A stretch of 64,000 nucleotides of DNA, taken from NCBI GenBank assembly GCA_012295275.1, contig CM022673.1, positions 17,670,001-17,734,000 of the forward strand, written 5' to 3'. Source of the DNA: Chrysomallon squamiferum (taxonomy: Eukaryota > Animalia > Mollusca). Below, piece by piece: positions 27,301 through 40,804 of this stretch. Every line of letters begins with the position of its first letter. Position 1 is the first letter of the stretch. Position numbers and translations under genes: made by a program. The notes under the pieces are model-generated. The model was not told the origin of the DNA. It ran no database searches and worked only from the letters and a program-made list of their open reading frames with translations.

Positions 27301-28416
27301 AAATGATTAATATGAGATGCACAAATGTGCTGAATTCCATATTTTAAAACCTCACAAAATGAATAAAATGTATTATCAATTTGAAATATTTTAATTTATT
27401 ATATATTTAAAATTACAATAAATTACCAAATCCACGTTCAATGTATTTCCTCAAAAGTTCTGTTGCTTCCTCATTTCCCTGTTTTGATGCACTTATCATC
27501 CAATCCAAGGCCTGGATTTTATTCTCCTCTGCATCGATACCAGAATCAGCCAATTGGAGATGGTATTTAGCCAGAAATACCTTTGATTCTTCCAATCCAT
27601 TTTCAGCTTCTGTCTTCAGCTGGTTTAGCTTTTCTGACAAACAGAAACTCTAATGAGTTAAAGTAATAAGAAGAAAAGAAATTCTCAAATTGTCAACAGC
27701 ACAGTGATTAAATGTTAGCCTAATGTCTGACAGCTTCATAGATGTCAGTCTGATACTGTGTCTGCTTGTAATCTCAAACCTTTTTTTTTAAAAATTACTT
27801 GATGGACCAGAGTAACAACAATGGGTTACTGATAATTAACTATTTTAATATTTAGTAAATTTTCTTATTTTTAGTTAGTTAGTTAGTAGCAAGTTGAAAA
27901 AAACATGACTTTCAAGTAGCTTCAGACAACGAATGCTTGCTAAATATAAACAAGAAACTGAATAGATATGGATTAAAAAATAATATCAATAAAATGTTAT
28001 TGCTGTAAATACGGTATGCCAACAACTAATAAACAAAAAAGCTAAGTTTAATGAAGTTACAAGGTATAATATTGTTCATTATTGTTATCAGAATCCAATA
28101 CTGTCCACTTGAAAACAATATGTTCAGAATATTAACAGTAAATGTATTCAGCGACGTAAAATATTAACTATATCAAATTACAAGATAATTTGCTGAGGGA
28201 AATGCGGTATATCGCTCGAAAACAATACCAAATTTAAACAAGACCTGGAATAACATCAACATGCATTTCGGCCTTCAAATAGTCTGTACTGAACTATCAG
28301 TAAAATACCCGAGAATGAAAAATGTGAATCTGCAAGCAGAAGATATTATTATATTTGAGAAAATAATTATCATTTCTAAATGTATTACCTGAAGTTACTG
28401 TCTCTTCTTCCGCCAT
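24371..28416 (-). CDS. WFS1: Wolframin ER transmembrane glycoprotein, 5 coding exons, ~775 aa
   Basis: Exons (minus): 28416-28389, 27633-27427, 27167-26967, 26561-26422, 26122-24371 (2328 nt, in frame). Sel1-like N-terminus (ALDWMISASKQGNEEA), RQAARNLF. The large terminal exon starts ILKYPK...GMDWVISLIPT and contains multiple TM helices, SWQGTYRVLIPHLVCYFW, LTWDIYSTLC...TQIKCSHLTGMKVTWVG, a Cys-rich lumenal/OB-fold region and C-terminal FTFNFIWFP. Confidence 0.93.
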
Positions 28417-28443
28417 CGCTATCGTTTCTGAAGCAGTGATAAG

Positions 28444-28479
28444 TGACTCACTATCACGTGATGTAAATAAACCCACGTG
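28444..28479. promoter_or_regulatory. Cluster of bZIP/bHLH motifs immediately upstream of the WFS1 ATG
   Basis: TGACTCA (28444-28450), TCACGTGA (28454-28461), TGATGTAAA (C/EBP-ATF-like, 28459-28467) and CCACGTG (28473-28479) lie within 36 bp; a full CRE TGACGTCA is at 28787-28794. Confidence 0.45.
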
Positions 28480-28610
28480 TTGAGTTAAAATGTTACTGAT
28501 TAGACTCCGGAGCATTCAGAATTTCAGAAAGAAGACAGGGGGCGATAATGACTATTATTGAATTAATTTAAAAGTTGAAATTATTATTGTTATTATTTTT
28601 ATTGAAATAT

Positions 28611-28614
<4 letters not shown>

Positions 28615-28678
<64 letters not shown>
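28615..28678. repeat. (GA)n microsatellite in the WFS1-KLHL10 intergenic region
   Basis: Perfect GA run of ~64 bp. Confidence 0.95.
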
Positions 28679-28680
<2 letters not shown>

Positions 28681-29107
28681 CTTTGTTTGATGAAGTTTAA
28701 TTATGAAAGGGTATAGGGTATATGATAGTACATAAAAATTATACATTCTTACCACACCTAGTAAGGTTATTGAACTTGCATACCTATGACGTCACAGGTA
28801 ATGTTCCTTCATTTTATCGTGTGTGAGTATTTTATGCTTTTTACTGCGTTTTATTTTATTTTTTTAACAAAGTAGTATTAGTACTAGTAGTAGTAATATA
28901 GTACATTTATTTTTTCATCGACAAGAGTAATTTATTCTATTTTATCTTTAGCGAATAAATATGAATAATATAAAATATCAAATAAAAAGAAATGCAAAAT
29001 TAAACAAAACAATGTCAAATAACATTCTTAATGCTTAAGCACATTATTTCTTCAAATCTCTTGTAAAACCAACAACAACTACTACTACCACCACCACAAG
29101 TATAATG

Positions 29108-29138
<31 letters not shown>

Positions 29139-29647
29139 CAACAACAACAACAACAACAACAGTAATAATAATAATAACAATAAAAACAACAATTAACTGA
29201 ATGTCTACGACTATGATTCCATCAATCAACCAATGAACGTAACTCTGTATGTTTCAGACATATATAGAATAGTCTCCCTTTATACATAATAACATTAATC
29301 TTTCCAATTTATATGCTCACCAACGTATTGAAATAGGGCATGTGCGTAATATTTATGTCCATTTATGATAGTTAAAGAATTTGTTCCAGTTTATTATTAG
29401 CATTTTATTTATTTGACAGTTTGAAATTACAAGCATTTTAAAAGAATAAAGAATCAACTCAGTAAGCGTTTTTGTGAAATTAGGCTAGGTGATTAGTTTA
29501 AGAACAACAGCAGCATATCAATAAATAAATAAATATTATAAATAAATAAATAAAAACAAATTATTGTAACAACTTCCAAAAATCATTAGTATTAATAAAA
29601 ATAATAATAATAATGAAATAAATTAATTAATTTGTTAATAATAATAA

Positions 29648-29678
<31 letters not shown>

Positions 29679-29811
29679 AAAAGTAGTAGTAGTAATAGTA
29701 ATAGTAGTAATACTCTTAATCTGTTCCATAATATTCCAACTGTTACGTTCTCGAAACATTTCTCAATGCCTGATCAAGGTGATTGAAATTTCACGCCATG
29801 TATTTGGTTTA

Positions 29812-29836
29812 TGACGTCATAGAAATAAAACGTCAT
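29812..29836. promoter_or_regulatory. Palindromic CRE (TGACGTCA) plus half-site upstream of KLHL10
   Basis: ATGACGTCAT at 29811-29820 and ACGTCAT at ~29830-29836, about 180-200 bp upstream of the KLHL10 ATG. Confidence 0.45.
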
Positions 29837-30011
29837 GCTTAAATATTTATCTCCATTGGACACATTGAACCTATTGTTCCTTAGAAATCAGATCAGACGA
29901 GGTTCGCAGACGTAATATTCTACATGTAGGCGCGGTGAAAAACATATTTTGCGTCTTAAATAATAACAAATAAAAACCAAAAAAAAGTAAAATAATATTG
30001 CAAAAATATAT

Positions 30012-33000
30012 ATGGATTCTTTTCCAATGGACGTGGATAACGAGCCTAATTCAACGCAACAAGGTTGTACAGTGCAGGAGAAGTTCAGTCTGCAAGCCTG
30101 CAATGTTTTAGCAGAACTACGAAAGACGGGTGAGCTATGCGACGCGGTGATAAAAGTGGATGGACAGTCGTTTCCTATACACCGAGCTATCCTATCTGCA
30201 TGCAGTCCGTATTTTAGGGCGTTGTTTACAAACCAAATGTCAGACACAAACAGAAGAGAAGTCACAATAACCGGGGTATCGGCGGATATAATGAAAGTTC
30301 TTATAGAATATGCATACACACGAGAACTGACAATAACCAGAGAAAACGTTGAGCTGCTTCTTCCTGCCGCAGACCAGTTTCACGTTATGGGTCTGCTGAA
30401 GCAGTGCTGCGACTTTCTGTACAATGAAATCACACCAGAAAATGTCATCGGTATCCGCGCTTTTGCACGTGCATACTTTTGTCACCAGTTAGAACGTTCC
30501 GCAACCAAATACATACTTCAAAACATCAGCGAAGTTTACACAACTAGTAACGAATTTTTACAGCTAGAAGTTGACGAAGTCTGCGAAATCCTTGGTTCTG
30601 ACGACCTGAATGTGAGAAACGAAGAACTTGTGTTCGAGGCCGTTCTTAGATGGATAGACTACGATCCCGACAGACGGAAGGGGCACATTGCTCGTCTTTT
30701 GAAGACGATTCGTCTTGGTCTACTGACCACGCAGTACTTCGTTGAAAAGGTGAAAGTTCATCCCTATGTCCGCGAAACGGACGCTTGCAAACCTATCATA
30801 ATCGAAACTCTGAAATTCCTGTACGACCTAGATATGGACGACGAGAAGGAAGTGGATCTGAACAACCCACTGGCCAAGCCCAGAGTGCCGCATGAGATTC
30901 TCTTTGTGATCGGTGGGTGGAGCGGCGGCTCACCGACAAACATGGTGGAAACCTACGACACGCGAGCAGACAGGTGGATAGTGTGCAGCTGTGTCGATGC
31001 AGGTGAGGAACTGATGACAACATCCAGTGATGACAATGATAAAATGTTTATCAGAATTATGTGGCAGCAGAATTAATTCCCCTGTTTCAGTTACTTACCC
31101 TGCCCATCTCTAATATTCTCCATATTAATGTTTTGCTGAAATCTTTGTTTATTTTAAATCAGTGTTTCAAAGGTTTTATTTTGTGCTTTTACTGTAATGT
31201 AAGCCGAATTAAAAGAAAATAATAATAAGAAGAAGAAAAAGAAGAAAAAGAAGAAAAACATCATTTGCAGCAAATATCAAAATTAATCGATAGTGGTTTC
31301 TTTTTCTTTCTTTCTTTTTTTGAAATGAAAAATGAAAACGTAAAAAGTCCATAATTAAAATCCCAAATAATTATTAACACTGAGATAATTAAATTTTAAA
31401 AAATGAAAAGAAGAAAAGATTATAATTAACTGAATAAGATAAAATAAAACTCTTTAAATTTATATCAAATAAAATAATAATTTTAAAATAAAAACAAAAA
31501 ATGTTTTAAGTGTCTGATCTAAAATTGTCTAAAATAATCCAATATAATAACGTTATTAATTCATTATTTTTTTTTTTTTTTTTTATATTTTTTATGGCAT
31601 TTTCATTTCAAAATAAATAAGAAAATAGATGAACAACAATTTGTTTAAAGTATTTCCAATACCTGAAACTTATTTTTACATTAATAATTTACTCTGATCG
31701 ACTCATTTCATTTTGTTATTACGCTGGAAATTGTACTTGGTGACGATTACTTGTGACGTAGGGACAGTGATGTAATTCCGCAATCCACAATCATATTACC
31801 CCATCCTCTTTGACAATAAAACATAAACCAATTTATCTAAAGTGATTTAATTAAAATGTTTTATTTTTATTTAGTTATTTATTTATCTATTTATTTTTAA
31901 TGGTGAATTAATGATTTTTTAATATATATTTTATTATTATTATTTTATTTATTTTTATTTTTTATTTATATATATATTGTATTTATTTATTTTTTTTTTA
32001 TATATATTTTTTATTATTTTTTTTTTTTTGGGGAGATGGTTTAACTTTATTTCTCAAATGATTTATAAAATATATCGCTCAAAGAGTTTTTGTATTTCAG
32101 GTTATTTAATTAAAGCGGTTTAGATGTCACTGTTAAAACTCGCTAATGTTTATAAATAAATAAATAACAATTTTTAAAAAATAATACTGATTATGTTTTG
32201 GCTATAATTTATTAAAATAAACATTTATCTAATAGGTCCTCGAGCATACCATGGCACCGTCGCTGTCGATCAAGTCATTTACGTCGTCGGTGGTTTTGAC
32301 GGAATGGAATACTTCAACAGCGTTCGTGTTTTTAACCCAGCAACAAAACAATGGTCAGAAGCCGCGCCCATGAATTCTAAAAGGTTTGTATACATATCAC
32401 GTATCATACCTGCTATTTTTTACTTCTTTCTATTATTACTTGTTATTCTTTTTCCTATTTAATTATTTTTATTGTTTTATTTTTATTTTATTTTTATTTG
32501 CAAATTAATTTTCCCGACAAAGTTATTTAAACTACCTCCCTTTTTCATCCATTAAATAACCTTGTCTGTGTCACAAATTTTCTATTATTATTTTTATTTA
32601 TTTTTTTATTTATTGTTGTTGTTGTTGTTGTAGTCGTCGTTGTCGTTATTATTGTTATTATTATTATTATTATTATTATTGTTGTTGTTATTGATATATC
32701 TAGATGTTACGTCAGCGTGGCTGTTTTGGATGGAATTATTTACGCTATGGGGGGCTTTGACGGTCACGTACGTCAGAACACCGCAGAGCGCTACATGAGA
32801 ACAACTAATCAGTGGAGTTTCTTTCAGCCAATGAACCATCAGCGAAGTGACGCCAGCGCCACCACGTTAGATGGTAATGGTTACGTCTAAACGGCGAATT
32901 TTAGTATTGTAATTTTACTATTTACTGACAACATGCAAGAAGTTACATTGACATACATATATAGAGAGAGATGGAGTCAGAGAGAGAGTGCGTGTGTATG

Positions 33001-33044
33001 TGTGTATATATGAATGGGTGTGTGTGTGTTGAAATTTTTAATCC

Positions 33045-33083
<39 letters not shown>

Positions 33084-33527
33084 ATTATTATTATTATTAT
33101 TATTATTATACTTTAATGCAAGTGAGAAAATTAAACTGGTGTCTTGATATACGCCTATTCTATTCTTTCTTCTTTATCCTCTTTTTCAAGGTAAAATTTA
33201 CATTTGCGGCGGATTCAACGGACAGGAGTGTTTGAATTCGTGCGAATATTACGACACACTAATCAACCAATGGACAATGATTACGCCAATGCGCAATCGC
33301 AGAAGTGGTGTCGGGTGTATTTCATACCATGGATGTATCTACGCACTCGGAGGATTTAACGGTATTACGCGTATGAATACGGGTGAAAAGTTTAATCCCC
33401 AATCAAATACGTGGCACTCTATACCAGAAATGTATAATCCTAGAAGCAATTTTGCAATTGAGGTATTACTTCGTCTTCTCTTTCATTCATTATGTATTAT
33501 TTTTATTGTTTTAAATTATCTATTATC

Positions 33528-33591
<64 letters not shown>

Positions 33592-33648
33592 TTAATGATT
33601 TTTTAAATTTAATTTAATTTAATTTTAATTTTAATTTTAATTTTTTTG

Positions 33649-33721
<73 letters not shown>

Positions 33722-33977
33722 TTATTTTTGGTATCATTTCAATTTCTAACTTTTTGAAGTTGTGACATCTGGAAACTGGTTTAAAGTAGTGACGCTGTTT
33801 GTGTATGAATGTGTATTTGTGCGTTTGTGTTTGTGTGAGAATATAGTAATAGTATTAGTAATAACAATAATACAATAATAACAGCAGAATAGCATTAAGA
33901 GAAACAACAACAATAAATTATAAATTACTATTTTATTTATTTATTTATTTATTCATCCTTATTATTATTATTACTAC

Positions 33978-34040
<63 letters not shown>

Positions 34041-34603
34041 CAAAAGCAGCGATTTTTTTTTGTTATTCAGTATACATGAGTTCAATGGCTTGAGATGTTT
34101 TAATTGTAAATAATATTTCCGCTGATATAAAAACTTTTGTTTTACATGGACTAGGTACACATACACTGGGAGGGTTAGTCTGACACAGGCAAGCGATATG
34201 CGCGAGAAAATGTTCTTTTTGACTAAATAATTTGCATATATATCGCAAAAACACTGTTTGTTCAGATGTGCAGAAGCCCGACATGATGGCATCAATTAAA
34301 GGCTAATGAATGTGGCGCGTGCGTTAACGGCGGGTACGAATCTTGTATCTGCAATCTATTGCCAACCGTTTCTTTTCTTTTCTTCTTTCTCTCTCTCTTT
34401 CTTTCTATTCAGTATTTAAGTAAATTTATTTCTTCCTCAAGGCCGCACAGCTATCCAAATTAAGGCGCCACAATTTACTGAAATTTTGGAACCAGTTTTG
34501 TCTGCATAACTGACTGACTTCCACTCGTTGTTTTATTTTATTTTATTTTTTTTATTTTTTTTATTATTTATTTTTGATTATTATTTGTTTTGTTTTTATT
34601 ATA

Positions 34604-34636
<33 letters not shown>

Positions 34637-35072
34637 TTTTTTTTTTTTTTTTTTTTTTTTTCAAGTTGATTTTTTAATTATTATTTTACCAGTATAAAAT
34701 GTTTAACCACATCTGTGAGATGGGGTGTGATAAAAGTACTAATCTGATAGGCTAGAAACGAATGATTCGTATTTTCATCTCCTAAACATTATTAATTCAA
34801 AAAATTAATAATAATAAAATAATAATAATAATAATAATCAATAATAATAATAATAATTAAAAAGAACAAAAGAAAACAAAGTAGAAAGTAATGGAGGTTG
34901 AAGGAAGGAGTTTAATGTTGCCTAAGGTTGTAACTAGAACCGGACACAAAGCAAAACGTGTTTAACTGATGAGTTATGCAGTGATAGGCAGCGGGTTCGG
35001 TTCCTGGTGGAGGATTAGTTTGCTTTCTGCTTCTGTATGTCGCCTTTTGTTTACTAGCCTATCTGTGTAAAA

Positions 35073-35106
<34 letters not shown>

Positions 35107-35678
35107 TATTCCAACAGATTATTAATAATTATATATATCTATAAACTACTTAGTTTTTATATGTTGGAATTTATATTTATATAATTATTAAGCATACATG
35201 TTCGTTTTGGAGGGTATTTTGGTGGAGGGGTTTTGAGATTTTTACGAATATTTAAAAAAAATAGTGAAAGGTATTTCATTTTCACATAATTATCTGCATA
35301 TGTATATATGTATATTTGTTTGGTTGGTTGGTTGGGTTTTTTGTTTGTTTGTTTGTTTGTTTTATTTTGTTTTATTTTTTTATTTTTTTGTAAGCATGCA
35401 TATATGCGTGTGTGTTTGTGTGTATTCAAGTGCGTGAGTATTGTTGTTTTCTCTGGATCTTTGTTCTCGACATTTTATATCCCATTACAGATTAAAAAAC
35501 AGAATGTCACTGAGAACAGGTTCGATTAAAAACGGAAAACAAAAATGTAGAATTTACTTTCCTGTTTTCTATGTTTAATTCATTTTATTTTATTTTTCTT
35601 GTTATTTATTACTTTAATTTTTATTTTATTTTATTTTTAATTTTTTATCATTATCGTTATGATGATGATAATGATGAA

Positions 35679-35730
<52 letters not shown>

Positions 35731-37763
35731 GTTATTATTTTATATCAAATGAAAATGAGGAAAAAAGAAAGGAGAGAAAAAATAAATACGATAACTATTA
35801 CCAAAAAAAAAAAACAAATAATAAAAATAGCTCTTGCTAAAACAAGCATAAATTATAAATGCGAATAAATAACGATTTAAAAAGGAAAAGAAAGAACGAT
35901 AGAAATTTTTTTTACGAGCGATGGACAGAAAGAAGAAAAACATTAAAAAAGAAACAAAAACCAAAAAAAAAAAAACCATCATATGTAATACAGACATAGA
36001 CAATATGTGCACGCCACATGAAACGGAAGGGAAAAATACTCTACTCCATGACCTCTTGTCGGTTTTTCCTACCCAAATGTCTAGACCGCATACATTCTTA
36101 TGGCGGAGAGGGCGTACTACATTTCCAGTGGTATACTCGTCAAAATAAAACGTGATTCGTTTTTATGCCGTTCGTCATTAATCTTAAACGTTTCATAAAA
36201 AGTAGTTTCCCTCATGATTTTATTTATTTTTCTAAATTTATTTCTTACATTTCTTCTTCTTTTTCTACTTCTTCTTATTTATTATTATTATTATTATGTT
36301 GTTGTTGTTTTTGCTGTTGTTATTGTTATCGTTGTTGCTGTTGTTGTTATCGTTGTTATGCAAGCGCTGTTCCTGGTAGTGTTTAGGTTTCATCGTCAGT
36401 ATTATCTGCCTGTGTCTCCCATTAACACATTTGTTTCAGTTTAATGGGCACGCGCCTTGAAATGATTTTATAACAGATATATGTCATTTTCATAATGAAT
36501 TGCATTGTGACATCCCGTACTTAATACATTCAGTTAACGTTTCCATCACTATTATATTATTTCTGGTCTCTTATAATTTGATGTCTTTAAGTCTTTCTGT
36601 GTATGTGTGCATGTGCGTGTTTACATGTATATCATTTATTTATTTATTATTGTTAGTCTTCTTCTTCTTCTTCTTCTTCTTCTTCTTCTTCTTCTTCTTT
36701 TTTTTCTTGTTGTTGTTGTTACTGTTGTGATTGTAGGATTGTGGTTACATTTTCATATGAACAGATACTACACTTTGATTTTACCCAAAGGGCCCAGAAG
36801 CGAAAACACTAGTAATACTACCCCTATTTATTATTATGTTGCATATTATAGGACAATATTATTTTCGATGACTATACTTATTACTGGAAAAACACGATTG
36901 ACATATTTTGACTTTTTTCATGAGGTGACCTTGAACTGTTGTTATAGTAACAGGTAACAGGTGCTCTATCTGCGGTCCAGCTGTCAACTTCCCTCCGAAA
37001 AATACAAAAATAAAAATTAAAAGTGGACCACACAAATGTAATCTCTTCAAAATGTTCGGTTCAAAATATGTTTGTAATTGCTAGCAGACGAGACAGTCTA
37101 CTTGAAAAACAAGTAAAGATCAAGAAATAATAACAGAAAAAAGAAAACTATAATTCTGTATCTATATTATTATAATATTGTCAGCAAGTTGCGATTGCAT
37201 GTGCATACGTACGTGCTTCCATGTGCACGTGCGTGTGCTTAATGAGATTAAATTTATAAGTATCTAACTGTAAACAATATTCTAGGTGGTTGTATTAAAA
37301 TTCCAGTATTAAATACTTTGTCGGGAAAAGCAATTTGCAAGTGGAGACAATTCTAAATATAGCATGGGTGTGTCTTTGAGTTTGTTAGAAACGGAAATGA
37401 TATTACGAGAACCACGCTAAACTCCATTCTTTAAACATTTCACATAGTTTGCCATACTGAAAGTATTAAGTTGTCTCTTTTCTTCTGATTTGGATAAACT
37501 GTCGTTATAATCTTTGTTGTAACCTCAAACTGAAAACTATACCAAACAGCCAAAATACAATTTGTGCAGAATATAGATTCAAATTTCTGTTATTAATATT
37601 ACAGTTTTGTCTTATTTATTTATACGTTCTATAATCATTTAAATATTTGTAAAGGAAAAGTTTATGAATAGCCAGGTCATGTGAAATAAACTTTAATGAA
37701 AGTTTAAATTAAGAACGTTTATTAACAAATTTAGGTACACAGATACATACAGGAATTCACACA

Positions 37764-37802
<39 letters not shown>

Positions 37803-38276
37803 AGAGTCTCATATATATAAATCGTAAAAAGATAAACTGTCTGCAGTTCTAACATGTTTGATATTAATTATTTAACAGTATATGGACGATATGATCTTTG
37901 CAATAGGCGGGTTTAATGGCGTCACGACCATCTTTAATGTTGAATGCTACGATGGAACATCAGAAGAATGGTACGTTTATCTTTTCTTAATTTACCTCTA
38001 TTTCAAAACGAAAGTGAAACTAACATTTACATCAAATCCAATAAATTGTTCGTTTTAAATTCATATTTAACAGAGAAAAGTATAAGAAGTATAATAAAAT
38101 ATGAAAAAGTAAAATTAACAGTTATTCTTATGCAGTATATATTTACTGATTCATTTAAATGTTTCCACTATTATTCCAATTCATTCATTCATTCATTCAT
38201 TTTTCGCTTTATCTACATTTGTTTTCTGTCAACTCATTTCCAAAGAATACTTTATATTTTAGTCATTTGTAAAAGA

Positions 38277-38370
<94 letters not shown>

Positions 38371-38560
38371 TATTTATTATTTATTTATTTTATTTTATTT
38401 TATTTTATTTTATTTTTTTTTTTTTTTAAGGTATGATGCAACAGATATGAACCTATATCGTAGCGCTCTCAGTGCCTGCGTTGTCAGAGGTCTACCAAAC
38501 GTCCAGGATTACATTCATAAAGAGAGAGATAAAGATGATTCAAAACGAAAGCGAAACTAG
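30012..38560 (+). CDS. KLHL10: Kelch-like protein 10 (BTB-BACK-6xKelch, CUL3 adaptor), 6 exons, ~600 aa
   Basis: Exons 30012-31002, 32236-32383, 32704-32873, 33191-33462, 37879-37970, 38431-38560 (1803 nt, in frame). BTB (LCDAVIKV...HRAILSACSPYFRALFT), BACK, and the KLHL10-typical PRVPHEILFVIGGWSGGSPTN..ETYDTRADRW, RCYVSVAVL, RSDASATTL, RSNFAIE, GGFNGVTTIFNVECYD, DMNLYRSALSACVV. Confidence 0.92.
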
Positions 38561-39494
38561 GAAAACCCAGTTTACGTCACAATAATTGTCTCCTCTGCAA
38601 ATAAAATATTAATTCTGACATCATACTTATATGATTTACATGTGATTAACATGATTATGGGGCTGTCTTGAGTTTGCTTGTAACAACGTTTTATGTAGCT
38701 AAAAGGCCTTTAACATTTATTTTGATTTTCCCTAACCTGTTTAAAATATACATTTTAACTATTATTTAATTTTAAGAATTTATTTATTATTTATCTAATT
38801 TAATTTACTAAATTTTGTTTTAACTTTTGAAAATATTTTATTATATTTTTGAAAATATTTTATTTTTTACATTATTTTACATTATTTTCTCTCCCAAAAT
38901 GAATTTTATAACTTTCATAGCCTTTTTACTTGTATTTTGTAAATATTTAACAACTAAATATATGCAGTTTATAAAATATATATTTTATTTTATTCTTTAT
39001 TTTATATATTTTGTCTATTCCCAAATTTACAGGAAAAAATAATAATAATACGAAAGTTTAACAATTAATTTATTATGGCCTAATTTTTAGCTTTATGTAA
39101 GCCTTCACCCCATTGGTTAGCAAGTAATCTTTAATGATTCTAGCAAGTCATGGTTGGTCATAATATGTATGGTCATATAATGTTTGCAAAATGCAGACAA
39201 TAAATTTCTGTAATAGTAAACTGGGATATAAAGCTGGGTTGTTTGTCTGTTTGTTAATTTGTGTTTGTTGTTTTGTTTGTTTGCTTGCTTGTTCATCGGA
39301 ACATTTCCTTCTTTCATTCAGTTTCTTTTTTCTTTCCTTTTTTAATCGTTTTATTTATTTATCTATTTATTTTTTTATTTATTTTTTTATTTATTTATTT
39401 TTTTTTTTTATTTATCAGTTCATTTATACTTTTTAAAAGTTTTTTATTTTATTTCATTTTAGCATTTTGTATTTATTCATTTATTGTTTTATTT

Positions 39495-39540
<46 letters not shown>

Positions 39541-40768
39541 GCCTTAGACAGAGGCTGTGTACCTTTCAGATTTGTAGTCCATTTCAAGCGCCAAGCACAT
39601 TATCACAAACATACACACATACACATACAAACACAAAATTAAAAAAAAGGATTACACTATTTTGAGATGAACGCAAGTCTTAGTGCGATATTATTTTTTC
39701 ATTTTATCAAATATTTCCAAAATAGATTTTAAAACGAAGAAGAATGGCTGTCAGTAGATGGGTTTTCCATTTTTTGTTTCTGCAATTGTATCTTACCCGT
39801 CTGACCGTGTTTCTGAACAAATCATTACTACGTCGGCTGAGACGTCGTCTAGTCTGCGTTTATGACAGTTCGCAATGGAAGACAAATAGATGTACTTTCT
39901 CCATCAGTCAGTTTTTCGTACGTGCTTGCCAACAACACATTATTTTTACTGTTTCATTCGCAGTATGCCTCTAACACAACCGACGTCATCCATTAATCAC
40001 ACCGAGATACAGCTTGACGTAATAATCATCAGTTAACCAATCAAACCCTTGCGTTGGCGTTGGATGGTTTTCCCATCAAAGACGCACTTACTTAGTCGAA
40101 CAGCGGGGCGTACTTCGTGAAAAAATATCCCCCGTTACCCTTATCTAAACATAAAAGATGAAACCTTTCCCATGTACCCAGGTCCTAACGTAAATACAGG
40201 AAAGAAAATCAGGTCATGCTGGCTGCAATTAGCGAGGTTAAAAGAGACCGGTGTTCTAAGAATTCCGTTCCTTTGCACTGACCAGGCGACAACATTCACG
40301 ATTATGTAGTCTGATGAAGTTATATTTACAATAATAAAGAAGCTAAATGACAGATTGATAGATACATCGACACTGAGATACACAGATACATAGACAGACA
40401 AACAGAAAGAAAGACAGATAGATAATCGATAGACGGATATAGATACAGATATAGGGTGGCTCATAAATAATTTCATAGATTTCTGAGACATGTTAAAAAT
40501 AAATTATTAACAAAAATTAAAGCAACAACAACTAAAATAACAATAACAATACTATCAAAAGCAACAACAACAATAATAACAATAACAATAATAACAACAA
40601 CAATAATAACAACAACAAAATAGCAACAGCAATAACAATAATAATAGGCTTCATAACAAACAATGGGACCATTTTTATGCTTTACGTCTAACAAAAAGTT
40701 ATTAATATAACTTGGTTTTCTGAACTGTACTAAAGCACCTTTTCTTGCTGAAGTTCAGACGCTTTCGT

Positions 40769-40804
<36 letters not shown>

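Noticed and set aside
31027-31140. GTGATGA...CTGA box C/D-like pair in KLHL10 intron 1
   Set aside because: No terminal stem and no recognisable rRNA/snRNA antisense element.
31782-31789. FoxH1-type AATCCACA sites here and at 56050-56057
   Set aside because: Isolated, not paired or adjacent to SBE clusters; expected by chance.
34960-35020. CTGATGAG (hammerhead core-like) and GGGTTCGGTTCC (B-box-like)
   Set aside because: No stem II/GAAA partner for a hammerhead and no cloverleaf for a tRNA; at most a decayed SINE head.
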